64,000 bases of DNA from Camelus dromedarius (taxonomy: Eukaryota): positions 1,922,001 through 1,986,000 of the forward strand of contig NC_087460.1 of assembly GCF_036321535.1 (NCBI RefSeq). Reading direction: 5' to 3'. This document shows, piece after piece, positions 37,642-52,743 of the stretch. The notes under the pieces were generated by a model. The model saw nothing but the letters and a program-made list of their open reading frames with translations, was not told the DNA's origin and did not search any database. Both the position numbers and the translations under genes were made by a program. The number at the start of each line of letters is the position of its first letter. The stretch's first letter is position 1.

Positions 37642-38553
37642 CTAGAAATACACAGTGAGTCAAGGAACAGCAGCAAGGAACTCGAGAGCACCTGAAACCT
37701 GCTTCTAGAGGGTTCTCTCAGCTTTTTTCCCAAAGTGTACATAGTAGAAATTCTTTCAAATAAAACAAGTATTTTTGGCTCTGGGAAGACTCAGATAATG
37801 GAGTTCAAAATTATATCAAGTAAGACATTAACATTACAATGTATGTTTTGGGACACATTTCTGAAGTTCTTCTTTGAAAAGAAAAAAACAGGAACAACAC
37901 TTTACGTGTTCCACTGAGCAGCCGGAACGATCCTGGAAAACCCCAACCAGGTGTCACTTCCTCACACACAATCCTTGAGACATGACGGTGTTTGGAGCGA
38001 CGCTCTCAGCAGGACCGTGAAGGCCCTGTGAGGTATCTGCTGGCCGCCCTCCGCGCGCCACCTGCCCCGTGCTCCCTCCTCCACGACCACGGTGATGGGG
38101 CCGGGGCCGGCCTCCCCTGACCTGCCCTCCGCCTGCGGGGCTCCACCCGCGTCCACGCGGCCAGCTCGGCCCCAGGTCGCGGCGAGCCCCAGACCTGCGC
38201 CTCTACAGAAGTGCGCGTCCAGCGACAGCATGCCATCTCCACATAGTTCTTTTGGTTCCTCACTAGCACTTTTTTACAGCCCACCATTCTCTTGGGTATT
38301 TGCCCATGTTTCTGTTCCCTCTCACCCGTTAAAATGCAGGTGCCACGGGGGCAGGCCTCGCCCTGCGCGTTTACAACCGCAGCCCCAGAGCCCAGGCTGC
38401 ACGCAGTAGGGCTGCAGGAAGTATCTGTGGAATCACTCCACCAGTCGACACTGCAATTTCCTAAATCCCCAAATGCTGCCACTGCTTGAAACTCATTTCC
38501 CGAGGTTGCTGCTACAACAGCCTCTGCGCTGAGTGGGTCTTACATGACAATCA

Positions 38554-38877
<324 letters not shown>

Positions 38878-38941
38878 CTACAGCACGTTGACACACTTAC
38901 TCCAAACAAAGCGAGGACAAAGGTTCTGTAAAGACCGTGCC

Positions 38942-39058
38942 AGAGGGAACGTGCAGCTCACTGACGGAGCGCGCGCTCAGTGTGCACCAGGTGCTGGGTC
39001 CAATCCCCAGCCCCTCCTCTAAGGGCAAAGAAATAAACCCAATTACCTCCCCCACCAA
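38942..39058 (+). mobile_element. Vic-1 type SINE, GC-shifted copy
   Basis: gtgcagctcactgacggagcgcgcgctcagtgtgcaccaggtgctgggtccaatccccag plus aattacctccccc tail. Confidence 0.85.
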
Positions 39059-39946
39059 CGCCTGTACAAAATATAAACTCTGTAAAATACTATTTGCAGT
39101 TTTAAAAACACTTTTAACCTGACCACTGGCGCCCTCACACACTTGGCTGGACAGGGTGTAACGCACCCACAATGCTTCACACGCTGGTCTCGGCAGATAC
39201 CTTCCTGACCCTTCGTTTCAGGCCCCACCGTTAGCAGGACTACAGACAACTGCACACGGCCTGCGGAAGTCTGGGCTGCTCCAGGCCCTCGGCTCCACGG
39301 CGAGGAACTGGTCCTGGTGCTGTGACGGAGGGTCAGCGCAGGTCCTGAAATGTCAGGACAGCTCTGCTTTTGTCCGTGCTGTGCGCCACGTGGAAACTGC
39401 TCGGCATCATATCCTGTCCTTTTTTCAAGATCAACTTCCTCTCTGGAGTCACCGTAACAACTTCCGCCCACTTACCAGTCTCTCTGCTCTCTGAAGCTCC
39501 CTGCCACCTTAAGCCCGCGCCCGTTACGGCTCAGCACTTGTGGAACTTTATTTATCACTTATTTCTGGCCCGCCACCACCAGGTCACCAAGGACAGCACC
39601 AACTACTGGACACACACAAGGGAGTAAGCAGGTTCCCGCTGACCACTAAGATTCAGGAAGAGACAAACGATGCTTCTGTCTTCAACAGAGGACGTCTCTC
39701 AGAGTTAGCAACTCGTCGGTTTAACATCGACCGACGCCTAGAAAAATACTGTATCAAATGATCAATCTGCTTGCAAAGGGAGAAATACCGTGAGGCAACC
39801 TCTGCAGTTTTCCACTGAACAAACACTGTCAGACGCACTTAGCTCTCTTCCTGAGTAACACGGTACACAGATAAGGGGAAGTGATGACATGGCACCGGCG
39901 TGAGAAGAGGAGCTATCACCAGGTGAATATATATGTGTATTTACTC

Positions 39947-39948
<2 letters not shown>

Positions 39949-39994
<46 letters not shown>
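39949..39994. repeat. (GT)23 microsatellite in a CCDC77 intron
   Basis: 46 nt perfect dinucleotide run. Confidence 0.99.
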
Positions 39995-39998
<4 letters not shown>

Positions 39999-41214
39999 AG
40001 GGAGACACCGAGGAGAGACGAATTCCACCAGGGGAACGCCTTCAGAGAAGGTGACAATGCACAGCGAGGTGCCTGCCACACGGCAAGTGTTCTGTGAACG
40101 ACAGATGCCATCAGTCTGGCTGGAGGATGGGGGACCCACAGCAACAGAGGAGCAGCTGGGACGGGGGAGGGGGTGGAGTCCCTAACAATTCACGCTGATG
40201 GCCAAGCACCAGGCTCCACCAGAAGACACGGGGAGGGCGGAGGAGCGGGAAGACCGGTGACAGCAGCAGTCAGTTGAGGGCACCAATCTGAACAAGGTCA
40301 CAGCCCGACCCAGCAGGGTCAGAACTGGAGGGCAGAGGACGCCCGGGAGAGGTTTCCCGGGCTCACACCCGACAGGCCTGGGGTCAGGGAAGAAGGGAGC
40401 AGGGAGCCGGGCATCATTCTGAGGCTTCCAGCCAGGGAGACGAGGCGGCTGTGTGCGCATTAAACTAAAGGGGGAAAGAATGAAGTCACAGGTTTGAGAT
40501 GGGGGCGGTGCCTATTGGGAAAGCCTGGTTTCAGCCACGGTAAACCTGGGGTGTTCAAACACACTCAACCACAGATGTCCTTGCAGCACAGCTCTGGCCC
40601 CTGGGAGCAGAGAGCAGGCTGAGCAGGGTGAGCGAGGCAGAAGGCCCGAGAGACACGGGCGTTGCAGGAACTGGGGGAGACGGACCCCAAAGCGGGGGCA
40701 GTTGCAGGCGCCCACGTGCAGAAGGACACTAGTTACAGTGGGGACCGGGGAGAGCTAGGCGGTCACAGAAATTGAGAAGTCAGCGATGACCCTGGACTGG
40801 GCCCACCTAGAAGCGCGGGGGACGGAAGCAGCCTGCAGAGAGGCGGGGAAGGCAGCAGGAATGGGAGTGCAGACCGTCTGCACCATTCTGCGCGGCTGCG
40901 TGGAGTCAAACAGAAGGAAGGCGCGGTCACGCTGAGGCGGACACGGCCGCGGTGGAGAAGAGGACGCTTCTTAACACCAAGAGCGGGCTGGGGCGCTCTG
41001 ATGGGTGAAAGGGGGAGGGCGGGACAGCCGGCGTGGGGCTGCCGCTGCACAGAGGCAGGGGGTCTGAGCAAGACACCTTCTGCAGCCCCGGGACCTGCGC
41101 TGCCAAGGACAGGAAAGCCAACTTAAGGGGCTTTCCCCCGTCCTCCAGCCAGACTGATGGCATCCGTCTGGAAAGTATTTCAAACGCGTCAGGTACCGTT
41201 TTCGTGAACACTCA

Positions 41215-41415
<201 letters not shown>

Positions 41416-42274
41416 TCACCTCTAAGCGAGCCTCTCCAGGAAAATTTAAAAACAAAACCAAACCCCACAAACAAAAAAACAAATAGAAGGAAAATCTCAA
41501 CTGTACCCTCTTCAGTGTCCTGTGAGTGGGGTGAGGCTGCGTGAGACCAGACTGTCCACACTCAGCAAAGCACCTACACCCCGTGGGAATGCGAGAAAAC
41601 CCAGCTCCCCTGGCCCCAGGGGTCTCACCTTCCCACCAGCTCCCCTTCTGGTTTTAGGATGGTCTCCCTTTTAACACTGCCTAGTTACACAAAGAATACA
41701 GCTATTTTTTTTCCATTTAAAAAGTAGAGCAAATTGAGTATGATGTAATTTCCCTCTCTGAGTCTGGCTGTCATGACCCTCAATGGAGATACTGGCCAAA
41801 GGCAGAAACTGTCATTTAAATCAACAGAACACCCCCCATAAGGACAGGAACTGAGTAACCAGGTGAAAAGTCATGGCTGCAAGTGACACCCAATCACCAG
41901 GGGGTCAGAGGGCGATGGGCTACTTTCCTAGACTTCAGAACACACGCACCAAACGAACGGACGTGTCCCCAGAGGTCAATCCATTGGGACCGACAACTGC
42001 GACTCTGGGCGTCCCTGGGCCAACGGCACAGGGAGTCCAGACTGGTGGCTCTGCTGGGGGGCTCGGCGTGCAAGCTGCACGACCTAAAGGCTAAGAGCGG
42101 CACCCAGGGTGAGGCCGGATGAGGGCGTGAAGTACCAGCCCCGGGAGGTGGGGCGCAGCCCGGCTCTCCAGCCACGCGGTGCCGCGCCGAGGCACCAGGG
42201 GGCGGGGCTGGGCAGCACCCGCCAACGAGGGCTCGTCACCCGAAGCCCGGGGGACAGAGCGGCTCGGCCCTGAC

Positions 42275-42366
42275 CTGCAGGATGAGGGACGAGACGTCTC
42301 TCTGCTGCTGCTCTGCGCTCTCCTCCTTCTCTCTCGTTGCTGGTTTTCTTCTCCTTCCTTTAGAAT
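42275..42366 (-). CDS. CCDC77: CCDC77 coding exon 6
   Basis: ctcttctgttttag acceptor, 92 nt, (D)SKGRRRKPATREKEESAEQQQRDVSSLILQ, donor CAG|GTCAGG. Confidence 0.9.
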
Positions 42367-42954
42367 CTAAAACAGAAGAGTTAATGGAGACCTTTACTCA
42401 GCTTTGCTTTCTGCTGTTCAAGCACCAACACGACCTCTGCAGAGGAGTCTGGTTTCCTTTACCTGCAGGAGAATGAAAGGAAGAAAGAGGACGACGCGCA
42501 GTAACTACAGCGCTTAACTGTTATAGCAGGGCTCTCTCACGGGGCCCTGCCGGGACATCACCCTGACGACAACGTGCATCATTCTGAAGAATAAGCTCCT
42601 ACATTTCCCTGTGCAGTTGTGACTATTTTCTTTTAAAATCTTATTTAATCAGAAAGGGTAAGGAATATTGCACAGGAATTATAACACAATAAAGTTGTTT
42701 TTTTAAAAAAAGGGAAAGGAATAAAAAACTAAATCTAAACGTTCTAGTTATGATATATAACCCAGTTTTCAAAAAGTAAGATTATTTTAAAAATAAGCAA
42801 CCAGAAACTGACACATTGTAAACTGACTATACTCCAATAAATATATATATAAAACAAAAAACATAGAAATAAGCAACATTAAAATTTCACCGAAGATATT
42901 TTAATTCTTTGACTAAGCAGCTCATGCTAAGAAAGTAAATCTTTTTTTGCTTTC

Positions 42955-43510
42955 CTTTTTTTAATTGAAATATACTTGATTTATGATATTACTAGTTTCA
43001 GACATACAACGTACTGATTCAATGTTTTTACAGATTATACTCCCTTTATAGTTATTATAAAGTATTGGCTATAATCCCTGTGCTGTACAATAGATCCTTG
43101 TAGCTCACTGATTTTACACAGTAGTTTGTACGTCTTAATCCCCTCCCCCACCCTCCCCTTCTTGCTCGTAATCACCAGTTTGTTCTCTGTCTGTCTCTTT
43201 TTGCTCTATGTTCACTAGCTTGTTCTATTTTTCAGATTCCACATATAAGTGATATCACATAGCATTTGTCTTTCTCTGATACTTCACTAAGCATGATGCC
43301 CTCTAAGTCCACCCACATGTTGTAAATGGCAAAATTTCTCTTTTTATGGCTGAGTAGTACTCCACTGCATGTACATACCACGTCTTGTTTATCCAGTCAT
43401 CTGTTGATGGACATTTAGATTACTTCCTTATCTGGGCTATTGTACATATAACACTGCCATGAACATTGGGGTGCATGTGCCTTTTCGAATTAGTATTTTC
43501 ACTTTCTTTG
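42955..43510 (-). mobile_element. L1 3' end
   Basis: ttaattgaaatatac..agattccacatataagtga..catgaacattggggtgcatg. Confidence 0.85.
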
Positions 43511-43695
43511 TAAGAGAGTAATCTTAAAAGTTCTCATCACAAGAGAAAAAAACTTGCAACTACATGTGTGGTGGTGGATGTTAACTAGACTTACTGTGGT
43601 GATCATTTTGCAATACACACAAATATCAAATTATTATGTTGTACACTGGAACTGATACAATGGTATATGTTAATTATATATCAATTTAAAAAAAA
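43511..43695 (+). mobile_element. L1MA9-like 3' end
   Basis: taagagagtaatcttaaaagttctcatcacaag..tcaatttaaaaaaaa. Confidence 0.8.
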
Positions 43696-43800
43696 GAGGG
43701 GGAGAGGGTAACAGCTCAGTGGTAGAGCACACGCTTAGCATGCATGAGGTCCTGGGTTCTATTACTTCTCCTGCCCCCGCCAAAGAAAGAAAAGGAAAGA
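43696..43800 (+). mobile_element. Vic-1 type SINE (internal deletion) in an L1 poly(A) tail
   Basis: tRNA-like head; tail shortened. Confidence 0.85.
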
Positions 43801-44131
43801 AAATAGAGATTTCCATTAAAAAAGAGAAGGAAAAGGAGACTGAGACTTAGAGAGGCTAATTAATAGTCTGTGATTCCAGAAGTTGTCCGAATCTGTTTGA
43901 TGACTTATCACCGTACACGTTAATTACATACCTTTTATTTTATTCATTAAAGCATAATGGAAAGATTTTTAAAAAAACAAAAAAAAAAAGGCAGCTCAGT
44001 AAGATCTCAGACCACCAGAGGCACCACTGTGAACATTTATTATCACTGTACAATAGGAAGAAATGTCTAATTGTTTGCACTGTGGTTTTGAATTCTGCAT
44101 CAGTGAGAATCTCTAATGATGCGGTTGGTAC

Positions 44132-44204
44132 CTGGTCTGGGAACTGAAGGCTCATTCTGCTCACAGACTTCCACAGCCTGGAGGGCCGTCTGGAGGACGC
44201 TGAC
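44132..44204 (-). CDS. CCDC77: CCDC77 coding exon 5
   Basis: ttttcactccttcag acceptor, 73 nt, VSVLQTALQAVEVCEQNEPSVPRP+G, donor CAG|GTACCA; phases fit neighbours. Confidence 0.9.
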
Positions 44205-44911
44205 CTGAAGGAGTGAAAACAAGGACAGAAGCAGCCCTCAGACAGATGTAACAGTGCACTTCTCAGCCTTAGTTCTGCAGATCAAACACTTTGTAAGTTA
44301 AACTGGTCGAAACTGATATAATCAGGATGTCATGCACATGAGACACTAAAGTGGACAAAGCAGCCAACTGGATAAAATGCAGTGTCCTGAATGTAAACTG
44401 GATAAAACCGGTGCTGGCGATAGAAATGAAAAAGGGTTCTCTGGCAATGCATGCTTAAAAAAAAAGTCTTTCATAAGGGCCTCAGGAAAGTAAGAGACAC
44501 AGACAGGCATGCACATATGGATATGCATAAAGACAGTCACTAAAGCGCTGCTTTGAGAAGTGGAAGAATGAAAACCACAAATGCACATGTGAACGTTGCT
44601 GCGTGAGTGGAAAAAGAGCTTTATCTCTGGGAGTAGAATTATGGGACACTGCCACGTAGATTCCTGAAATTTATGTGTGTGTTTTAAATGAAGACCACAC
44701 ATTACTTCTGTAATCAGTACAAACAAAGATTAAAAAAGAAAGTATTGAAACTTGTTCCCACACTCAGCCTGCTCCTGCTGCTCTCTCTAAACTCATCCAA
44801 AACATCTCCTCCTCTGTGCTTTCGGTTTCCAAGTGGAGAAATGGGGTAAACAGGGCTACTTCCCAAGGTTTTTGAAGAAAAAGAATAAAATCACAAAGCT
44901 CTTCACAATTA

Positions 44912-45208
<297 letters not shown>

Positions 45209-45309
45209 TCATTTAAAGGATCTCCCTTCTGACTTACTTATTTTTAAAGCAATGGTAACCTTATGTTAAAGTTATTAAAAGCAGGATTTATCTAGACCTT
45301 AGCTCTAAT

Positions 45310-45735
45310 TTTTCAAACATCAGGTATTCATTTTCAGGACTTGACAGGAAAGTGGGCAGGAAGCCACTTCATAGCTGGCTCCCCATCTGTTGGCAGCACT
45401 GATGAAACTCTCTCCAGAGCTGCCCTCAGGCGAAGGGGACCGCCTTGCCCAGCTGCATGTCCAAGGGGCAGCCTGCACCCAGGGCCTGGCTACCAAGGGG
45501 ACACAAAAGCCAGTCTTCTTGCCTCAACTCAGGGAACTCTGAGGGGCCACCCCAGCTTCAGGGCACCAGGGGGTATTGACTGAGAACTGCTGTAACTGAA
45601 TCCAAGCTCAGCTTCTGCCCAATCAGACTTTCCTCGTTCCTGTGGAGGTGGTTTACTCCCAAAGTGCGCCTCAGTGGGTCTCCTGCCAGCAAATCCCCAT
45701 CACAGTCTGCTTTCCAGGAAACCTAGCCTAAGACA
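45310..45735 (+). mobile_element. ERVL-class LTR (LTR33/LTR16-like), candidate 5' LTR
   Basis: Ends cagtctgctttccaggaaacctagcctaagaca, followed by internal-start-like gttgataccagaaatgg. Confidence 0.65.
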
Positions 45736-45755
45736 GTTGATACCAGAAATGGACC

Positions 45756-47564
45756 AAAAAGAATAAAATAAAATACTCAGGAATTAACTTAACAAAGGGA
45801 GGGAAAGATCTGTATCCTGAAAACTGTTGAAAGAAATTAAGGAAAACATAAATGGGAAGACATCCTGTGTCTATACATTAGAAGACATAATATTACATTA
45901 CTTACAGCAATCTATAGATACAGTGCAATTCCTATAAAAATCCCAACAACATTTTTTACAGAAATAGAAAAATCCACCCTAAAATTCATATGGAAACTCA
46001 AGGAACTCCAAACAGTCAAAAAATCTTGAAAAAGAACGAAGTTGGAGGACTCACACTTCTTGATTCTAAAATTTACAAAGCTACAGGAATCAAAACAGTG
46101 TGGCACTGGCACAATGGCAGACAAACAGGCCAACCGAGTACAGCAGCGCACCCAGGACTCAGTCCTACACAGACGGTCAAATGACTTACAACTTTTCCTT
46201 TTTTTTTGGAGTGGGGTGTAATTAGGTTTGTTTGTTTATTTTTAATGGAGGTACTGGGGATTGAACACAGGACCTCATGCATGCTAAGCACGTGCTCCAC
46301 CACTTGAGATACACCCTCCCCCCAACTTTTGACTTTCCATAGGGAAAAGACAGTCNNNNNNNNNNNNNNNNNNNNNNNNNNNNNNNNNNNNNNNNNNNNN
46401 NNNNNNNNNNNNNNNNNNNNNNNNNNNNNNNNNNNNNNNNNNNNNNNNNNNNNNNNNNNNNNNNNNNNNNNNNNNNNNNNNNNNNNNNNNNNNNNNNNNN
46501 NNNNNNNNNNNNNNNNNNNNNNNNNNNNNNNNNNNNNNNNNNNNNNNNNNNNNNNNNNNNNNNNNNNNNNNNNNAAACTGGACCGTATGAAAATTAAAAA
46601 CTTCTGTGCATCGAAGAACATTATCAAAAGAGTAAAATGCCAACCTCAGGACTGGAGAAAACGTCTGCAAACCCGTTGCCTGGTAAGAGACTCACACCCA
46701 GAATACAGAGACTCCTAAAACTGAACAACAGCAGAAAACCTGATGCAAAAATGGGAGAAGGACTGAGACATTCCTGTAAGGAAACCATACAAATGACCAA
46801 CAAGCACCGGACAAACTCAACAGCACTCAGCGCCAGCAACGCGAAGCAAAGGAACGAGCTACTACCCACACCCGTCCAGACGGCTGTGGTTCAAAAAGAG
46901 AGTGCGAGGGCTGGTGTGCTTACGGAGAAACCAGAACCCTGCACGCTGCTGGTGGGAATGCAAAACGGCGCAGCCACTGTGGAAAACAGTTCCTCAGAAA
47001 AATTAAACACAGAATTAGCATTTGATCCAGCAGCTCCCCTTCTGGGTACATGCACAGAAGACCTGAAAGCAGGAACCCGGATAGGATTTGTACACCCATA
47101 TTCACAGTGGTGTTACTCACAACAGCTTGAAGGTCAAAACAATGCAAACGTTCACAAACAGACAAATGAATACACAAAATGTGGTATGTATGTACAACAG
47201 AATATTATTTGGCCTTAAAAAGGAATACAATTCTCATACATATGTTGTATAACATGAATGGACCTTGGAAACATTACTAAGTGAAATACATCAGACACAA
47301 AAGGACAAATACTGTATGATTCCACTTATACGAGGCCTAGAATAGTCAAATTCATAGAGACAGAAAATAGAGGGTGGTTACTAGGGGCTGAGGGGAGGGA
47401 GTTAGTACTTAACGGGGCCAGACTCTGTACGGGATGACGAGAAGGTTCTGGATGTGGACGGTGGTGCAGCTGCAGTAACATGGCTGTACTTAAAGATGCT
47501 CAACTATACACTTAAAAATGATTCGAATGGTCAGTTTTAGGTTAAGTATCTTTTACCACAAAAA
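45756..47564 (+). mobile_element. L1MB ORF2 and 3' end (~1.8 kb) containing a SINE and an N gap
   Basis: acagaaatagaaaaatccaccctaaaattcatatggaa..aagttggaggactcacacttcttgat; 3' end ttttaccacaaaaa. Confidence 0.88.
46193..46323 (-). mobile_element. Vic-1 type SINE inserted in L1MB
   Basis: Full element; TSD caactttt on both sides. Confidence 0.9.
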
Positions 47565-47576
47565 GAAGACGTGCAC

Positions 47577-48199
<623 letters not shown>

Positions 48200-48559
48200 T
48201 CACAGGAGTGTCTCTTATTAGACGCGGCAGTCAGCTCACGTAGAAAAAGAACAAAATGGATGGCTTCGGCAACACTGGATCCAAATGACAACACCAGGCT
48301 GCCTAGAGAAGCGTTTCAAGCCACAGGTGAGCGTGACATTTGCATGTGACACCAGCACCCTCTCATCTTTGACAGCCAACAGAACCCAGGATGCCACACG
48401 ATCTACCTGTTCCAGTCACGCTTTCTTTAACGCTTTCTATGTAATAAGCATTGTCATGAAATTCTGGAAAACAAAGATGAAGAGGTATGACTCCTGCCTA
48501 CACAGCTGAGGAATTGTGTGGGGAGACAGACACGCCATCAATTGAAGTGAAATAATTCT

Positions 48560-50480
48560 TTAATGGAGGAGCACGCGCGGTAAAAAGGCAGAGAGGAAAA
48601 GTGGGGCAGGAGGAAAGCGCTCGGAGCCTGTGTGGGAAGCCAGAGTCCAGTACCAGGAGGAGCCCAGCACCAGGAGGAGCGAGCCTCAGGAAGCTGGCCT
48701 CAAAAGGAAGGCTGCTAGGGATGTCTGCAAGCATTCCAGCCCCCGCGGAGGAAGAGTGAGCAGCGGGCAGAGGTGGGACTGGAGGCTGGGACGCGTGGCA
48801 GCTCAGGTGAGACATAACTGGGGTGTGAGGACTGTCAGCAAAGTGATGGAGAGCTTGGGATGGACTGAGCGGCATTGAGGAAGCAGAACTGACAGGTCCC
48901 ACAACACGACAGAATGCAGGCGCTCAGCAGAACTGCAGGCCACGCCTTTTACCCACCAAGACCGGAAGAAAGAAACGGCTGGAAGGCGAGGAGGGGGGGG
49001 CAGTGGTCTGTGCGTGCGCACGGTTGCGGCAGAAAAGGGGGATCAGTTCAGACAGACACATGAGCCTGGAGCTCAGGGAAAGTGAGTCAGTGTCAGGTTC
49101 CTGGATGCATCGCCCCCAGGGAGCAGCACCGCCGCACAGACATAACGCGATCATTCCGGTGGAGGCTGGGAGAACACTGACTTAAGACTGAGGAAGGAGA
49201 GCTGTGAACGGAGGCTGAGATGAGCGGGTCAGAGGTGAGACAGACGCTAGGAAAGAAAAATGACGCCGAAATCAAGACAGGAGGAGAGTCTTCGGAAAGG
49301 AGATGCCAACGCACACCGCGAGGGGCACAGAGAGAAGAGGGACGTTTGGCACCAGGTCCTGGAGCCACGGGAGGGGCAGCTCCGACAGAGACTCAAGGAG
49401 CCGCTGAGCAGGTGATAAAGTCAAGCTGTCCCGGAAGGATGGCTGAGAAGGAATGGCCTCCACCAGAGAGGGCAGCCGGGGCCGAGCGGGAAGGGCCTTC
49501 CTCTTTTGTACGTACGCAGGAAAGATCAGAGTATGTCCACATACTGAGGAGAAAAAGCCAACGTCGAACAAGAGGCAAAAGCGGAAGACTGAGGCGAGAG
49601 GACACAGCAGCGTTTCTCAGGAGGGAAGGGCGGGGCGGAGAAAGTGCTGGCGCAGGTCGGCCTGACTGTCCCCGGAGCAGTCAGGAGGCGGAGCTGGATA
49701 CAGACGCAGGTAACCGTGTGGATGGAGGGCAGGAAGCCAGTGCTTCCTCCGTGAACCAGGAAGTAAGGCTGCCGGATGGCAGAGAGGGGGGCCTGCAGGC
49801 TGGAGGGGCAGTGAAGGAGGGCACGGGGTGGAGGCCTGGGGAGCAGGACAGGGAACCCAGGACAGTGGTAAGAAAACTGCTGTGTAGCGACTGAGGACAC
49901 GGATGACTTGTTCACCATGAATTTACTCTGCAATCACCTGTGACCTTTCTAGGACAGCTAGGTGGGTTAGCCTGTGCGCCCCAGGAGAGATCTGGCAACA
50001 GCTGGGGGCAATCCTGACCATTACAGCTTATGGGTGGAGGTGCGGGTGGGAGCGTGCAGGGGGAATCCAGTGGGCAGGCACCAAGAATGCTGCTGCTGAC
50101 CCTCCAGTGCCCAGGACGGCCCTCGCGTCTGTGATGCTCCAGGAGACGGGGATGGAGGACGGGGCTCAGCCACAGGGAGGGCCCCAGCAGTACAGGTGGG
50201 GCAGAAGGAGCCAGGGGTCACATGTGGGAAGGACAGCGATGACTGAAGTACAGCTGAGAGGGTTTGGGTAAGACAGGACACTGTGGCCGGAGGCTGACAC
50301 ACAGGAATCAGAACACTGAAAAGTCCAGGAGCTGTGGATGTGACACTGGAGTGAAGTCAAACATGATGGGGAGAAAGAACCAGAAGGGTAAGAGAGACCA
50401 AGGTGCAGAACCAAGGTTTTAGACAGGGGCAGTTTGGGGCATCGCAATCCAATGAGGCCCCCACAAGGTGGCGACGAGGC
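48560..50480 (-). mobile_element. L2 fragments
   Basis: Purine-rich antisense L2 texture, e.g. actgctgtgtagcgactgaggac..tcacctgtgacctttctaggacag. Confidence 0.5.
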
Positions 50481-50513
50481 CGGGGCAGAAGGGATCAGAA
50501 GAGAATGTTGTCA

Positions 50514-50894
<381 letters not shown>

Positions 50895-51059
50895 TTAAAT
50901 AAAAAAAGGTTTATGTTCTTAAAGTGCTTATAATTCATGTGCTCACAAACCTTGGAAGTTTAATGTTACAGATTTGTGAATAATCTCGTGAACTGCTTTC
51001 CAGGCATTAAAGGGTTAAAGCTGGATTCAAGTTAGAGTAAAAAAGTTCGTTAAAAAACA

Positions 51060-51570
51060 AAAAACACGATGACAGGGATATGTACTAAGAACGGATAGTG
51101 ACGGTTAGAAAGTCTGATACTGTGAGGCACGCAGCAGCAGGAACACGCACATGCCGCCGCCCCCGCAGTGTACCTGGTGAGATCACAGAGCGTAAACTGG
51201 CAGCATCAGTGAAACTGCGATTTCTCTCGTCTGCACACACATACCAGGTGATACACTCATAGTGACACTGTGACAACGCAAACGGTAAACCTTCCAAATG
51301 TCCATTTGACAGGAAAATGCATAGACTGTGGTATATGCAGATCATGGAGTATTCGTCAAAGCTATAGAAACTATGAATCAGGGACACGTGTATGAATATG
51401 AATGAATCACCCAAACAATATTAAATGGAAAAACGTATGTAGGTGAATATACGGAAAACATTACCATTTATTTAAAACTAGAACTTGCAAAATAAAAGTT
51501 TATTTTTAGGGACAGTTAAATAAGTGGCAAAATTATTAAGGAAGGGAATGATAAATCCAACACTCGGGTA
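51060..51570 (+). mobile_element. L1ME-type 3' fragment
   Basis: aaaccttccaaatgtccatt..agactgtggtatatg..atggagtatt. Confidence 0.6.
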
Positions 51571-52416
51571 GAAAACAGCCTGGTTATAACCACACAAGCC
51601 ACCGGATCCTAGTCTCCAGCATCAGAGACCTGAATCACACAGACCAAGACTAGCCAAGATCAAAGGCAAACCAAAGGTTGGAACAGAGAGGTTGTTGGTT
51701 TGCTTTTAGCAAACAAGAGGCTTAAGCTGAAACAATGAAAGTTAGACAACAAGTGACACAGAAGTGGAGAAAGCCTCACGTGAGAACCCGTCTGGTCTGG
51801 CTAACTGCCCGTAATTTACAGCATAACAGCACAGGAGGAGACACTTCCCACCAGAAGCGCGGAGCTGCAGCTAACGCGGGTCGCGGGCAGCACTTCCCAT
51901 AAGTGAGCGTGTACAGAAAAGGTACTAAAATTTACTTTCAGCCAGCAGGAGGAAGGGAAGTGTCTTCTCAGTCATTTAAAGCTTATGACAGGAATACTAC
52001 CGTACTTTGCTTCAAGTGTTGAAAACGGGTTGCCTTATAGCAACTGTGGGAAACAGGTTAAGACGAACAAAAGAACTATTCCTGTTATTCGGCAGACAGG
52101 CGTGGCCTGAGGGCCAGGGTGAGGTGTCAGGAGAGCTGTGTCTGTGCGCTGGCTGTCTGCTCTGGAATCCAGGACCCACCGGCACTGGCCCAGGCCCACT
52201 CGAACTGTCTGGATCTCTGGTATTAACATGCACTATGGCCCAGTGTTTAATCTAAATTCCACATAATAAGAACAGAGAAATGAGGTCTAATACAGTCCAA
52301 ATCCAGAGTTTGGAAGTGTGCTTCCCAAACCCTTCTAGCTCCTAAGCCAGCGTGTACCCAGGTGACAAAGTCTGGGTTCTCTACATCAACAACACAAAAA
52401 GAAGCAAATTCCTTAC

Positions 52417-52454
52417 TTTCTGCAGACAGGAGACCGCGTAGGGGTGAAGTTCAT
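52417..52454 (-). CDS. CCDC77: CCDC77 coding exon 1 (start codon; exon spans 52417-52472)
   Basis: ATG at 52454: MNFTPTRSPVCR+AA, 38 nt, donor GTAAGG; acceptor tcttttgacag at 52473; matches recalled human MNFTPTHTPVCRK. Confidence 0.93.
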
Positions 52455-52697
52455 GCTGTCCTTTCAAAACACCTGTCAAAAGACACAAAAATTGAGAGCG
52501 AGGGGTCAGGAACAGAAAAAACCCTACAGGACATACAGACTGGTTCCCCCCCAACATCATCAGAAAGTGGCGTTTCAGAAAACAGTATTCTTTCAAGTAG
52601 TTGCAAGCCCTGAAATTCTACCAAGGCATTCTTCCTTATTATTTTCAAAGAAAATCAGAATGGCATTTAGTATTTGGATGGATAAGCACAGTCTTAC

Positions 52698-52743
52698 TAT
52701 GAAGGTGTCTGCCACAAATTTACATGCAGAACAAATCTGCAGT
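52698..52743 (-). other. CCDC77: Possible small non-coding 5'UTR exon of CCDC77
   Basis: Donor ATA|GTAAGA at 52697; pyrimidine tract cttttctgtatctccctctcctgt upstream; exact acceptor uncertain. Confidence 0.35.

Noticed and set aside
42955-43695. Twin-priming inversion of a single L1
   Set aside because: Both halves are L1 3' ends with their own tails pointing outward, so two independent insertions.
49220-49894. 224-aa ORF
   Set aside because: Purine-rich antisense L2-derived DNA; no homology or splice structure.
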